A stretch of DNA of 55,318 nucleotides, taken from assembly GCA_964577395.1 (NCBI GenBank), contig CAZNYQ010000008.1, positions 1 through 55,318 on the forward strand. The letters are read 5' to 3'. How positions within the stretch are numbered: position 1 is the first letter of the stretch; the number at the start of each line of letters is the position of its first letter. The stretch is from an uncultured Candidatus Saccharibacteria bacterium. Its GTDB lineage: Bacteria; Patescibacteriota; Minisyncoccia; JBAYJV01. This document shows, piece after piece, positions 8,635 through 18,886 of this stretch. The translations under genes and the position numbers were made by a program. The notes below the pieces were generated by a model that did no database searches, was not told the DNA's origin, and saw only the letters and a list, made by a program, of their open reading frames with translations.

Positions 8635-9888
8635 ATGTTAATTAAAAATTTCAAAAAACTTGCTTCAACTCAAGAAAGAAAAATTGCGCTTAAGATAGCT
8701 AATGCGGGCTTAGAAGCTATTGATCCTCTAAAAGTTATTCAATCAAATATTGACTTGAAAAAAAATATTTTAACTATCAAAAAAAAGAAATTTGATATTT
8801 CAGAAGTTGAAAACATTTATGTTTTAGGCATAGGTAAAGCTTCTTTTAGAGCGTGTCAGGCTCTTGAGGAAATATTGAAAGATAAAATTAGAGATGGTGC
8901 TTTAATAGATACTAAAAAAGGCAAATTAAAAAGAATTAAAGTCTTTAAAGGTACTCATCCTTTACCATCTCAAAAAAATATTCAAGCTTCTCAAAAAATA
9001 TCAGCGATAGCTCAAAAAGCAACAGAAAAAGATTTAATTCTCTTTTTAGTATCCGGAGGAGGTTCGGCTCTCTTTTCTTTGCCTCAAAAAGCAACAGTTA
9101 GTCAAGTTAAAAATCTTACTGATGAATTATTAAAATCAGGTGCTGATATTTTAAAAATCAATACTGTTAGAAAACATCTTTCTCAAGTAAAGGGCGGGGG
9201 CTTGGCAAAATTAGCTTACCCAGCAAAATTAGTTAGTCTTATTTTCTCTGATGTTCCTGGCGATGATATTTCTTTTATTGCTTCAGGTCCAACTGTTAAA
9301 GATAAGACTACTAAAAAAGAAGCCCAAAAAATTCTTGACAAGTACAATATATCTCCTTTAAAGCTTTATGAAACTCCTAAGGAAAGCAAATACTTTAAAA
9401 ATGTTTCTAATATTCTTTTATTATCAGGTAAAACTGCTCTGAAGGGTATGCAAAAAGAGTGTCATAAGCTTAAAATTCCTTGTTCGGTTTACTCATACGC
9501 TCTAAAAGGTGAAGCAAGAATTGTAGGCAGAAAAATTTTACAAAGAGTTAAGGGATCGGGAGCATTAATTGCAACCGGAGAGACAACTGTAAAAGTTGAA
9601 GGTAGTGGGAAGGGAGGCAGAAATCAGGAATTAGTTTTAGGCGCCTTACCATACTTAGAGAAGACTGTTTTTATCTCTATTGCTTCTGATGGTCTTGATA
9701 ATACCGAAGCGGCTGGTGCCATTGGAGATGATAATTCTTTAAAAGAAGCTCAAGAAAAAGGCTTAGCTTGGTCAGAGTATATGAGAGATAATGATGCTTT
9801 TAGCTTCTTTAAAGAATTAGATGATTTAATTATGACAGGACCAACTGGTTCTAATGTGGCTGATTTAATTGTGATTTACAATAAGTAA
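8635..9888 (+). CDS. glycerate 2-kinase (DUF4147/MOFRL family)
   Basis: GIGKAS, THPLP, SGGGSAL, RKHLSQVKGG, SDVPGDD..IASGPT, GGRNQE, TGPTGSNVAD. Confidence 0.9.
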   Translation: MLIKNFKKLASTQERKIALKIANAGLEAIDPLKVIQSNIDLKKNILTIKKKKFDISEVENIYVLGIGKASFRACQALEEILKDKIRDGALIDTKKGKLKRIKVFKGTHPLPSQKNIQASQKISAIAQKATEKDLILFLVSGGGSALFSLPQKATVSQVKNLTDELLKSGADILKINTVRKHLSQVKGGGLAKLAYPAKLVSLIFSDVPGDDISFIASGPTVKDKTTKKEAQKILDKYNISPLKLYETPKESKYFKNVSNILLLSGKTALKGMQKECHKLKIPCSVYSYALKGEARIVGRKILQRVKGSGALIATGETTVKVEGSGKGGRNQELVLGALPYLEKTVFISIASDGLDNTEAAGAIGDDNSLKEAQEKGLAWSEYMRDNDAFSFFKELDDLIMTGPTGSNVADLIVIYNK

Positions 9889-9889
9889 A

Positions 9890-10675
9890 ATGTTTAATGA
9901 ATCAACGATATATATTAGCTTATTTTTTATGCTTTGTCTTTTGTTGCTTTTTGTAATTATTATTTGGGCCAAAAAAAGAAAACATATATTTTTTTCTATC
10001 CTTGCACAAATCGCTGGAGGTTTTTTATTCATTGTGCTAGGAGGTGTTTATTTTACCTCAGCAGGCGGAGGCCCAATACCTCTCGGAAAAATAATAGCAT
10101 TTTGTATCTCTGGTATTATTATTCTGAATTTACTATTTAATTTGGAAAAAATAAAAAATAAGCCTAACCTTTATATAGGTGCTTCGCTTATATTATCAGT
10201 ACTACTAGTTATAATGGGTATCTTATTTGATCGTAAAAGCTGTGAAAGTTATAAAATACGTATGTCAGATCCCCGCAGAGTTTCCGATATTAGACAAATT
10301 GAATTAGGGCTTGAATTACATTATATGAGCTATCATGAACATCCCACCAATATTCAAGTTTTAGTAAATGAAGGTTGGTTGAATATGTCAAGTTTACCAA
10401 CAGATCCAAGAACAAAAGAACCATATAATTATGCTTATGGAATTAATAAAGAAACTGATAAAATTGAATATTACCATTTGGGGGCAATCTTAAATAACAA
10501 GGATTCAGATATGTTAAAAGACGATATAGATTACAACTCTTCCTTTAATACTGAATTAGTAGATTGGCAATTTGATGAAAATTATGTAGGGCCTTGCATT
10601 GGTAAAAATGGTTTTGACGGTTCTGATAATAGTGTTTGTGGAGCAATTTATGATAGAGGAATATTGCCTAAATAA
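9890..10675 (+). CDS. multi-TM membrane protein with C-terminal GspG/pilin-like globular domain
   Basis: about 4 TM helices then DxRRVSDIRQIELGLELHY...PTDP...YNY; no GFTLIE prepilin site. Confidence 0.65.
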   Translation: MFNESTIYISLFFMLCLLLLFVIIIWAKKRKHIFFSILAQIAGGFLFIVLGGVYFTSAGGGPIPLGKIIAFCISGIIILNLLFNLEKIKNKPNLYIGASLILSVLLVIMGILFDRKSCESYKIRMSDPRRVSDIRQIELGLELHYMSYHEHPTNIQVLVNEGWLNMSSLPTDPRTKEPYNYAYGINKETDKIEYYHLGAILNNKDSDMLKDDIDYNSSFNTELVDWQFDENYVGPCIGKNGFDGSDNSVCGAIYDRGILPK

Positions 10676-11467
10676 ATATATAAAATAAAAGAATTTGAGG
10701 AAATAATTTTTAGATAATTGACATGGTATGAAAAAATTAAGAAAAATTTTATCCAAAAAATCAATAGTAATTATTGCAAGCTTTCTAATTCCTGCTATTT
10801 TGGTTGTTATTAATACTAAAAACTTTGAATTATTGTCCGTTTTCTTCTTTATTGCTATTACCAGTATTCCTATTCTTTTGATAATAATGCTTCTAATGCT
10901 TCTAACGAATTGTATTATTAATTTAAAAAGAAGAAAATGGTTTCGTTTTGTCTTAAATATTGTTTTTATGCTACTTCTAGTATTTATATTGGTTGTCATC
11001 ACCTCAAATACTATTTTTTATGGACCTAAACGTACTCACGCAAGAGATGCTAGAAGAGTTTCTGATATTTATCAAATTGAGTTAGGGCTTGAATTATATC
11101 ACATAGCGCACGAAGAATATCCTACCAATATGCAAGTTTTGATTGATGAAAGTTTTCTTAATATGGGTCAAGTACCAACCGATCCAAAAACAGAAAAACC
11201 ATATAATTATGCTTATGGAATTAATAAAGAAAGTAGCACGATTCAGCATTACCACATAGGAACGATTTTAGAGAACGAAATATCCAATATGTTAGAAGAT
11301 GACGCGGACTACAACTCATCTTTTGATACAACTTTAGTAGATTGGCAACATGATGAAAATTACATGGGCCCTTGTATTGGTAATAATGGCTTTGACGGTG
11401 CAGATGATAGTAATTGTGGAGCAATTTATGATAAAGGAATATTGCCTAAATAAATATATAAAATAAA
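10267..11467 (+). repeat. direct duplication of about 420 bp (10267-10689 and 11045-11467)
   Basis: highly similar DNA for both C-terminal domains, running through the stop into identical AATATTGCCTAAATAAATATATAAAATAAA. Confidence 0.9.
10728..11453 (+). CDS. paralogous multi-TM protein with GspG/pilin-like domain
   Basis: about 3 TM helices then ARDARRVSDIYQIELGLELY...YP...PTDP. Confidence 0.65.
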   Translation: MKKLRKILSKKSIVIIASFLIPAILVVINTKNFELLSVFFFIAITSIPILLIIMLLMLLTNCIINLKRRKWFRFVLNIVFMLLLVFILVVITSNTIFYGPKRTHARDARRVSDIYQIELGLELYHIAHEEYPTNMQVLIDESFLNMGQVPTDPKTEKPYNYAYGINKESSTIQHYHIGTILENEISNMLEDDADYNSSFDTTLVDWQHDENYMGPCIGNNGFDGADDSNCGAIYDKGILPK

Positions 11468-11504
11468 TTTTAATTACATTATTTCTAATTTAAATTAATA
11501 CATT

Positions 11505-13943
11505 ATGGAAGAAAAAAAAGATAAATTTCTACTTTGGTTTCAAGACCTTTCAATTGACGATACACCTTTAGTGGGTGGTAAAAATGCCGCTTTAGGAGAA
11601 ATGTATGGTAGTTTAACAAAATTAGGTATCAATATTCCTAATGGTTTTGCCTTAACTGCCAAGGCTTATTGGTATTTTTTAGATAAAGCTGGTATTAAAA
11701 ATGAAATTGAAGAAATTTTTAAAGACTTAGACCACAATAATCTTCAAGAATTACAAAAAAAAGGAGAGAAGGCAAGACAAACCATCCTCAGAGCTTCTTT
11801 GCCAGATGATCTTAAAGATGTTATTCGAGAAGCTTACGAAAAGCTAACTCAAGATACTGGCAGTCAAGATGTGGCTGTGAGATCCTCGGCAACAGCTGAA
11901 GATTTACCAACTGCTTCTTTTGCCGGACAACAAGAAACATATTTAAATGTTAAAGGATCAGAAGAAGTTCTCACTTCCGCTAAAAAATGTATCGCATCTT
12001 TATTTACTAATCGCGCTATTTCATATAGAGCTGACAAAGGCTTTAAACAAACAGATGTGGCTTTAAGCGTAGGTTTTCAAAAAATGGTTAGGGCAGACAA
12101 AGGAGCTTCTGGAATTAATTTTACAATTGATCCGGAAACTGGCGCAGAAAATATTATTTATCTTACCAGCGCTTGGGGTTTAGGGGAAATGATTGTTCAA
12201 GGCAAGATAGAGGGAGACGAGTTCTATGTTTTTAAAGAAGGTCTTAAAAGGGGCCATCGGGCTATTATAGCTAAAAAACAAGGTTCTAAAGAAAGAAAGT
12301 TAATTTATGACGAAAGTGGTAGTAAAATGACTAAAGATGTACCAGTTGAAAAATCTGATAGAGAAAAATTTACCCTAACAGATGATGAAATTCTTCAATT
12401 AGCTAAGTGGTCTTTAAAAATTGAAGAGCATTTCTCTGAAAAAGCTGGCCAGATAAGACCAATGGATATTGAATGGGCCAAAGACGGCATTTCAGGTAAA
12501 CTATATATTGTCCAAGCCCGACCGGAAACAGTTCAATCTCAAAGAGCTGCCCATAAATTTTCCACTTACTATTTTGAGAAACAACCTTTAAAAAAAGATT
12601 TATTGGTTACTGGTGATGCAGTGGGTAATAAAATAAGCCAGGGAAAAGTAAGAATTATTAAATCTGTTGAAAAAATCAGTCAATTTCAAGAAGGTGATGT
12701 CTTAGTAACTGAAATGACTGATCCTGACTGGGAACCTATTATGAAAGAAGCAAGTGCTATTATTACTAATAAAGGAGGACGGACCAGTCACGCCGCCATT
12801 GTATCAAGAGAGTTAGGAATTCCTGCAATCGTAGGAACAATTAATGCCACAGAAAAATTAAAAGATAATCAAATGGTAACAGTTGATTGTACCGGTTCAG
12901 AGGTCGGTAAAATATATGCTGGCAAGCATGATTTTAAGAAAAAAACTTATGAATTAAAAAAAGTTCCTAAGACTAAAACAAAATTAATGCTAAATATTGG
13001 CTCACCTGAACAAGCCATGGTCTACCACTCCTTACCAGTTCAAGGAGTTGGTTTAGCGCGAGAAGAATTTATTATTGCCTCAGAAATTCAAATTCACCCT
13101 AAGGCTTTGATAGAATATGATAAAATCAAGAAAGGTGTTTTTAAAAATGTTAAGAAAGCAACGCTTAGAAAAATATCTACTAAAATTGAAAAATTAACTA
13201 AAGGTTATGATGATAAAGAAGATTACTATATTGAAAAACTAACAGCAGGTATTGCTAAAATAGGAGCAGCTTTTTGGCCTCGTCAAGTCATTGTTCGTTT
13301 CTCTGATTTTAAAACTAACGAATACCGTAGCTTATTGGGAGGGGAACTTTTTGAGCCCGACGAAGCTAATCCTATGATTGGTTGGCGCGGTGCTTCTCGC
13401 TATACTACACCTGATTTTGAAGATGCTTTTGGATTAGAATGTCAAGCTATTAAAAGAGTGCGTGAAGAGATTGGTCTGATTAATGTTGACGTCATGGTAC
13501 CTTTCTGTCGCACACCTGAAGAAGGCAGGCAAGTTTTAAAATTAATGGAAAAATTCGGCTTAGAAAAAGGCCGACTTAAGGTTTATGTAATGTGTGAAAT
13601 CCCCGCTAATGTCATTCAGGCTTATGAATTTTTAGAGCACTTTGATGGTTTTTCTATTGGAACAAATGATTTAGCTCAATTAACTCTTGGGATGGATCGA
13701 GATAATGCTAAAATATCAGATATATCCAATGAAAATAATGAATCTGTTAAAGAAATGGTCCGCATTGCTATTAAAGTAGCTCGAGAATTAAATAAATATT
13801 CTGGTATCTGCGGTCAAGCGCCCAGTGATTATCCCGATTTTGCTAAATTTTTAGTTAAAAACAAGATTGAATCTATTTCGCTTAATCCTGATACTGTGAT
13901 TCCTTTAATTAAAAAAGTAGCTAAGTGGGAAAAAGAACTTTAA
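11505..13943 (+). CDS. ppsA: phosphoenolpyruvate synthase (pyruvate, water dikinase)
   Basis: VGGKNA.LGEM, AVRSSATAEDL..ASFAGQQ, GGRTSHAAIVSRELG, EANPMIGWRG, GICGQAPSD. Confidence 0.96.
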   Translation: MEEKKDKFLLWFQDLSIDDTPLVGGKNAALGEMYGSLTKLGINIPNGFALTAKAYWYFLDKAGIKNEIEEIFKDLDHNNLQELQKKGEKARQTILRASLPDDLKDVIREAYEKLTQDTGSQDVAVRSSATAEDLPTASFAGQQETYLNVKGSEEVLTSAKKCIASLFTNRAISYRADKGFKQTDVALSVGFQKMVRADKGASGINFTIDPETGAENIIYLTSAWGLGEMIVQGKIEGDEFYVFKEGLKRGHRAIIAKKQGSKERKLIYDESGSKMTKDVPVEKSDREKFTLTDDEILQLAKWSLKIEEHFSEKAGQIRPMDIEWAKDGISGKLYIVQARPETVQSQRAAHKFSTYYFEKQPLKKDLLVTGDAVGNKISQGKVRIIKSVEKISQFQEGDVLVTEMTDPDWEPIMKEASAIITNKGGRTSHAAIVSRELGIPAIVGTINATEKLKDNQMVTVDCTGSEVGKIYAGKHDFKKKTYELKKVPKTKTKLMLNIGSPEQAMVYHSLPVQGVGLAREEFIIASEIQIHPKALIEYDKIKKGVFKNVKKATLRKISTKIEKLTKGYDDKEDYYIEKLTAGIAKIGAAFWPRQVIVRFSDFKTNEYRSLLGGELFEPDEANPMIGWRGASRYTTPDFEDAFGLECQAIKRVREEIGLINVDVMVPFCRTPEEGRQVLKLMEKFGLEKGRLKVYVMCEIPANVIQAYEFLEHFDGFSIGTNDLAQLTLGMDRDNAKISDISNENNESVKEMVRIAIKVARELNKYSGICGQAPSDYPDFAKFLVKNKIESISLNPDTVIPLIKKVAKWEKEL

Positions 13944-14096
13944 AAAATATATATGTTATTATAATATGTATAATACAAAGTTCTATCTTAAATATATTAT
14001 ACTGGATATTCTACTTTGTAATTCTTTACGCAACAGCTATGGTTAAATTATCTTCTAAAATCTATAGCCCTTAAATTAAATTGTTAATTTAAATTC

Positions 14097-15143
14097 ATGC
14101 CTCAAAAAGAAGAAAATCAAAAACCTTCTTGGGTTAAAAATGAAAGTTATCCCCAAGAAAACCAGCCCGTTTCCCAAGGCAGTACTTTTAAAACATTGCC
14201 ATCCTTTGGGAAACTTTTAAAAGAAACTTGGGCAATGTATAAAAGAAAAATATGGCAATTAATTACAATTTTTCTTTTGGCTGGTGTTGTAACTATTTTA
14301 TTTGCATACCTATTTTCGCTTGCCCTAACTTATCTGCCTCCTATTGTTGCCTTAGCCCTAGGTTTTGTCAGTCCTTTTATAGGAATGATTCTTATATCAT
14401 GGGCAATGTTAGCAGCTCTTATTCTAATATCTGATGACAAGAAAAATATTGGCACAGCTTTAAAAGAAACTTTTCCAAAATTAGCGTCATATTTCTGGGT
14501 TATTGCTCTTACTAATCTCGTTACTGCCGGAGCAATGATCCCCTTAATTGTACCGGGAATCATTCTTGGTATTGCTCTTTCTTTTACAATGTATGTTTTT
14601 GCTAAAGAAGATAGAAAGGGACTAAACGCCCTTTTAAGAAGCAGTGATTTAACTAAGAATTTTCGCCTAGCTATTTTAGGAAAAATGCTTTTATTAGCTT
14701 TAACTCTTTTTGTGATTTTAATCCCTGTCTCTATCGCAGTAAACTTAATATCTCAACATAGTCAAGGCATAACTCAAAATATTGTTTCCTTCCTCTCTAT
14801 GATTTTCTTAACACCTTTTGCTTTTATCTATGCATATATCATTTATCAAAAACTTGTTGACATAAAACAAACAATTACTTTTACGCCTTCTAAAAAAGGA
14901 AAAAATCTTTATACCTTTTTAGCTATTTGGGGTATTTTTGCTATGATTGCAATGCCTATTATGTCAAATTACTATATCCAACGAAATATCCAACGAAATC
15001 TTCCAGGGGGCTGGGATGTTGAGTTTCAACTTAATGAAGAAGATTTAGAAAAAATGCAAGAATTTCAAGAATCAGAAGATCTCCAAAAATTACAAGAAAT
15101 GATAGAGGATATGCCCGTGCCTCAAAATCCTAATCAAAGTTAA
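14097..15143 (+). CDS. integral membrane protein (DUF975-like)
   Basis: 6-7 TM helices, LIVPGII...ALLRSSDL pattern. Confidence 0.6.
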   Translation: MPQKEENQKPSWVKNESYPQENQPVSQGSTFKTLPSFGKLLKETWAMYKRKIWQLITIFLLAGVVTILFAYLFSLALTYLPPIVALALGFVSPFIGMILISWAMLAALILISDDKKNIGTALKETFPKLASYFWVIALTNLVTAGAMIPLIVPGIILGIALSFTMYVFAKEDRKGLNALLRSSDLTKNFRLAILGKMLLLALTLFVILIPVSIAVNLISQHSQGITQNIVSFLSMIFLTPFAFIYAYIIYQKLVDIKQTITFTPSKKGKNLYTFLAIWGIFAMIAMPIMSNYYIQRNIQRNLPGGWDVEFQLNEEDLEKMQEFQESEDLQKLQEMIEDMPVPQNPNQS

Positions 15144-15172
15144 TTTTAATTGTGTTTTTTTAAATTAACTTT

Positions 15173-15694
15173 ATGAGAAAAATTCTCTTAGTTGTGTCGT
15201 CTCAAGATTTTAAAGATGAGGAGTATTTTACAACCAAAGAAGTTTTAGAAGATGAAGGATATCTTGTTGAGACTGCTAGCGATACGGCAGAAACTGCTTT
15301 TGGATCAGAAGGAGGCGAAGCAGAAATTGACCTACAGATAGAAGATGTTGAATTGCAAGAATACGATGCTCTTGCTTTCATTGGAGGGCAAGGCGCTTTA
15401 AAACATCTTGATAATAAACAAAGCTATCGTTTAGCTCGTCAAGCTTTACAAACTAATAAAATATTAGGAGCTATTTGTATTGCTCCGGTTATTTTAGCTA
15501 AAGCTGGCGTTTTAAGAAAAAAACAAGCTACTGTTTGGAGTTCTGCAACGGATAAAACTGCTATTAAGTTGTTAAAAAAACACGAAGCTATTTTTATCGA
15601 CCAACCGGTTGTTCAAGATAGTAAAATTATTACTGCCAACGGTTCAGCTGCTTCTCAAGATTTTGGCTTATTGATTGCTAAAAACTTAGAATAA
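15173..15694 (+). CDS. DJ-1/PfpI family protein
   Basis: FKDEE, YDALAFIGGQGA, AICIAP, IITANG. Confidence 0.9.
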   Translation: MRKILLVVSSQDFKDEEYFTTKEVLEDEGYLVETASDTAETAFGSEGGEAEIDLQIEDVELQEYDALAFIGGQGALKHLDNKQSYRLARQALQTNKILGAICIAPVILAKAGVLRKKQATVWSSATDKTAIKLLKKHEAIFIDQPVVQDSKIITANGSAASQDFGLLIAKNLE

Positions 15695-15698
15695 ATAT

Positions 15699-16895
15699 AT
15701 GAAAATATCTAAGATTGAGATAGATATTATTAAAGATTCGCGCTCACAAAATACTCTTCAAGCCAAACTTTTTACTCAAAAAGGTTTTTTGGGGCAAGCT
15801 TCAGTTCCTCAAGGAAAAAGCAAGGGCAGGCAAGAAGCCATAAGCTTACCAGCGCAAAAAGCAAAGGAACTAATTGAACAAAAAATTACACCTTTATTAA
15901 AAAATCAAATATTTAATCATCAGATTCAATTTGATAATTTTTTAATTGAAGTTGACGGTACTCTAAAAAAAAGCCATCTGGGCGCTAACACTTTACTAGT
16001 CTTATCACTTGCTTTTGCAAGGGTTTTAGCGCAAGAAAAAAAACAATTTCTTTATCAATACTTAGCTCAATTGACAGGAACTTCTCCGGCTTTACCGTCT
16101 TTTTACATGAATCTTATTAATGGAGGAGAGCACGCTAAGAATACCTTAGAATGGCAAGAATATATGATAGTTGTTAAGGCAAAAACTGCTCAAGACCAAT
16201 TAAAAATAGGACAGGATATTTTTTATGCTTTAGAAGATAAGTTTAAAAAAATGAACCAAAAGATTGATTATGGAGATGAGGGCGGTTATGATATTAATCT
16301 AAAAGATTATGAACAACCTTTGAAAATTCTTAATCAAGTTATTGAAAATTTAAATTATTCAAGAGAAGTAAAGATAGCTCTTGATTTAGCAGCTAATAAC
16401 TTTTCGAGCAAAGAAGGCCGATACTACAATCTAAAAGAAGTTGAGATTACTTCTGAAAAATTAAGAGAAATTTATCTAAATATTTGTCAAAATTATTCTA
16501 TAATTTCTCTTGAGGATCCTTTTGAAGAAAGCTGTTCTCAATATTATGCGACATTAAAACAGGAGCTGGAGCAGAAATCCCTTGTTATTGGCGATGATTT
16601 AACGGTTACTAATCCCGATATTCTAAAGCAAATCATTCAAAAAGATGCTATTGATGGTCTTATTATTAAACCTAATCAAATTGGTACTTTGACAGAAACA
16701 ATTGAGACAATTAAACTAGCTAAAAGAAGTAATTTAAAAATTATTGTCTCTCATAGATCAGGGGAGACAGAGGATGATTTTATCGCAGATTTAGCTTATG
16801 CCAGCGCAGCTTTTGGTCTTAAAGCAGGGGCACCAAATCCAAAAACTCAAGAAAGACTATTAAAATATGAAAGAATCATTCAGATTTCTAAGTAA
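15699..16895 (+). CDS. eno: enolase (divergent, short)
   Basis: DSR, LGAN, INGGEHA, QEYM, GDEGG, EDPFEE, GDDLTVTN, IKPNQIGT, SHRSGETED. Confidence 0.92.
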   Translation: MKISKIEIDIIKDSRSQNTLQAKLFTQKGFLGQASVPQGKSKGRQEAISLPAQKAKELIEQKITPLLKNQIFNHQIQFDNFLIEVDGTLKKSHLGANTLLVLSLAFARVLAQEKKQFLYQYLAQLTGTSPALPSFYMNLINGGEHAKNTLEWQEYMIVVKAKTAQDQLKIGQDIFYALEDKFKKMNQKIDYGDEGGYDINLKDYEQPLKILNQVIENLNYSREVKIALDLAANNFSSKEGRYYNLKEVEITSEKLREIYLNICQNYSIISLEDPFEESCSQYYATLKQELEQKSLVIGDDLTVTNPDILKQIIQKDAIDGLIIKPNQIGTLTETIETIKLAKRSNLKIIVSHRSGETEDDFIADLAYASAAFGLKAGAPNPKTQERLLKYERIIQISK

Positions 16896-16903
16896 TTTTC
16901 TAT

Positions 16904-17587
16904 ATGAAAGCAGTCATTTTAGCAGCTGGGAGGGGAGTTAGATTACGTCCTTATACGCATATTACTCCCAAGCCCCTCCTAAAAATTAATAGCAAAAGAA
17001 TTATAGACTATACGTTAGATATTTTGCCTCAAGAAATTGATGAGGTTGTTTTGGTAATTGGTCATTTAAAATGGCGAGTTAAATGGCACTTAGGTGATGA
17101 ATATGAAGGCAAAAAGATAACTTACATAGCCCAAGAAGATAAAAGAGGCACAGCAGATGCTCTTTTTTTATGCAAGGAATATCTTAAAAATGAAAAAAAA
17201 TTTCTTGTTCTTTTTGGCGATAATTTATATGCAAAAAAAGATCTTCAAAAATGTCTTAAGTATCCTTTGGCAGTCTTAGCAAAAGAAGTTTCTGAGCCAA
17301 AAAAATTCGGCGTATTAACTTTTGATAAAGAACATCATTTAAAAAATATTATTGAAAAACCTCAAAATCCTCCTAGCAATTTAGTAAGTTGTGGTGTTTT
17401 TGTTTTAAGTAACAAAATTTTTAATTATAAGATGGAAGCAATTGATAAAAAAGAGTTTGGTCTTCCTCAAACTATTATAAAGCTAGCAGAACATTATCCT
17501 ATTAAAATTGTTAAAGCATCTTTTTGGTTTCCTGTTGGATACCCTAAAGATCTTAAACAAGCAAGAAAAATGTTGCATTTGAAATAA
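16904..17587 (+). CDS. sugar-phosphate nucleotidyltransferase
   Basis: KAVILAAGRGVRLRP.T..TPKPL, GTADA, GDN, EKP. Confidence 0.88.
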   Translation: MKAVILAAGRGVRLRPYTHITPKPLLKINSKRIIDYTLDILPQEIDEVVLVIGHLKWRVKWHLGDEYEGKKITYIAQEDKRGTADALFLCKEYLKNEKKFLVLFGDNLYAKKDLQKCLKYPLAVLAKEVSEPKKFGVLTFDKEHHLKNIIEKPQNPPSNLVSCGVFVLSNKIFNYKMEAIDKKEFGLPQTIIKLAEHYPIKIVKASFWFPVGYPKDLKQARKMLHLK

Positions 17588-17594
17588 TATATTA

Positions 17595-17623
17595 TTGACT
17601 TTTATTCTAAAAAGAGCTATATT
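17595..17623 (+). promoter_or_regulatory. sigma70-type promoter
   Basis: TTGACT-17 nt-TATATT. Confidence 0.55.
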
Positions 17624-17664
17624 GAAAATAGCTTTTTTTAGTACCTAACAATAAGGAGGGCATC

Positions 17665-18411
17665 ATGATTCAATATAAAAAACCAAGCAGATTTTCAGAG
17701 GTTCCAGATCTTTTAACAATTTCCCGTTCTATTTTAGGAATAATTTTGCTATTTCTTGCAACCATGGGAAAAACTAATTATGCTTTTACTATTGCATTAG
17801 GTGTTTTTGTAATCGGTATTGTTACCGATGTTCTTGATGGTGTTGTGGCAAGGAAAATAGAAAAAGACCCTAGTTCAATTGGAAAACATGATATTAATTT
17901 CGACATGGCTCTCGCGGCAGGATATCTGTTTTTCTTAGGTATTACAGGTTTCTTGGCTTTTCGGCTAGGCTTTACCCTCGGAATCATTACTGTCTTAATG
18001 GCTATTTTACCTGAAAACAATACTTATAAAAGAGCAAAACGTTTAATTCAAGTTCCAGGTTTTATTGCCATTACAATTGCAATTGCCTTAAACTTCTTAA
18101 AAGGTTTCTGGCTATTAAATATTATTTTAATATCCATAGCTGCTGCTTGCCTTGTCTTTGATCGTAAGAGAGCGACAGATCTTGCTCAAGAGAGAAAGGA
18201 AAATCTTTTGCTAACTTGGCAAGAAATTAAGCACTTGATAATTGATATGACTCAATGGGAAAAATATGGTTATTTTCTCATTTCAATATCTTTGTTCCTT
18301 TTTTACGTTTTTCCGGCTACAATCGACTATATCTTTGCTCCTATTTTTATAGGATTGTATATTATATTTAGCGAACGCCACAAAAAAGCAAAAGAAAAAG
18401 ATATTATGTAA
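17665..18411 (+). CDS. CDP-alcohol phosphatidyltransferase family protein
   Basis: PDLLTISR, TDVLDGVVAR...SSIG..D...D signature; many TM helices; AAGGAGG SD. Confidence 0.8.
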   Translation: MIQYKKPSRFSEVPDLLTISRSILGIILLFLATMGKTNYAFTIALGVFVIGIVTDVLDGVVARKIEKDPSSIGKHDINFDMALAAGYLFFLGITGFLAFRLGFTLGIITVLMAILPENNTYKRAKRLIQVPGFIAITIAIALNFLKGFWLLNIILISIAAACLVFDRKRATDLAQERKENLLLTWQEIKHLIIDMTQWEKYGYFLISISLFLFYVFPATIDYIFAPIFIGLYIIFSERHKKAKEKDIM

Positions 18412-18440
18412 GAACCTGATATAATCAGGTTCTTTTTTTT
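18410..18440 (+). terminator. intrinsic terminator
   Basis: AAGAACCTGAT-ATA-ATCAGGTTCTT plus T-tract. Confidence 0.8.
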
Positions 18441-18511
18441 ATTATATAATTGACATTTTAATAATCATAGTGTTAAAATTAAAAGTGATCCTTAAAAATT
18501 AAAATATTTTT

Positions 18512-18874
18512 ATGGTAATCCAGCCATCAAATTATCTCCGGTGGCAAGGGTACTACGAATACACTCCTAAGAATGTTAAAAACTATGTTTTAAAAGAGCC
18601 CCGGCTCATTGGAGTATATAAATTAGCTGAATTAGAAACCTTCGGCAGGTTGATTCCTTTTTATGTTGCTCAATCTAACGATCTCCATAAAATATTGTTA
18701 GATAACTTGAAAAATCCACCTAATGAATGCGTTGAAAAAATGCTAAAAGAAAAAATTTGTTGTTTTAAATTTGTTCCACTGCTAGATGAAGCTAAAAGAA
18801 ATGATGCCTTACGAGATCTTTTTCAGCAATATAATCCAAAGTGTAATAGTTTTAAAAATTTTTTTAAAGATTAA
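18512..18874 (+). CDS. degenerate GIY-YIG-like domain protein
   Basis: GVY...FYVAQS.DL...YNPKCN layout; TTGACA/TAAAAT promoter at 18450-18479. Confidence 0.5.
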   Translation: MVIQPSNYLRWQGYYEYTPKNVKNYVLKEPRLIGVYKLAELETFGRLIPFYVAQSNDLHKILLDNLKNPPNECVEKMLKEKICCFKFVPLLDEAKRNDALRDLFQQYNPKCNSFKNFFKD

Positions 18875-18886
18875 ATTATCTTTTTA

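Noticed and set aside
9934-11424. ORFs 9934-10140, 10556-11002, 11221-11424
   Set aside because: Alternate-frame or antisense overlaps of the pilin-like genes
13970-14070. Two loose inverted repeats after ppsA (TACAAAG/CTTTGTA; GCTATGG/CTATAGC)
   Set aside because: Short AT-rich arms with large loops; cannot be told from chance
14975-15000. 12-bp tandem duplication (IQRN-IQRN)
   Set aside because: Single in-frame slippage, no sign of function
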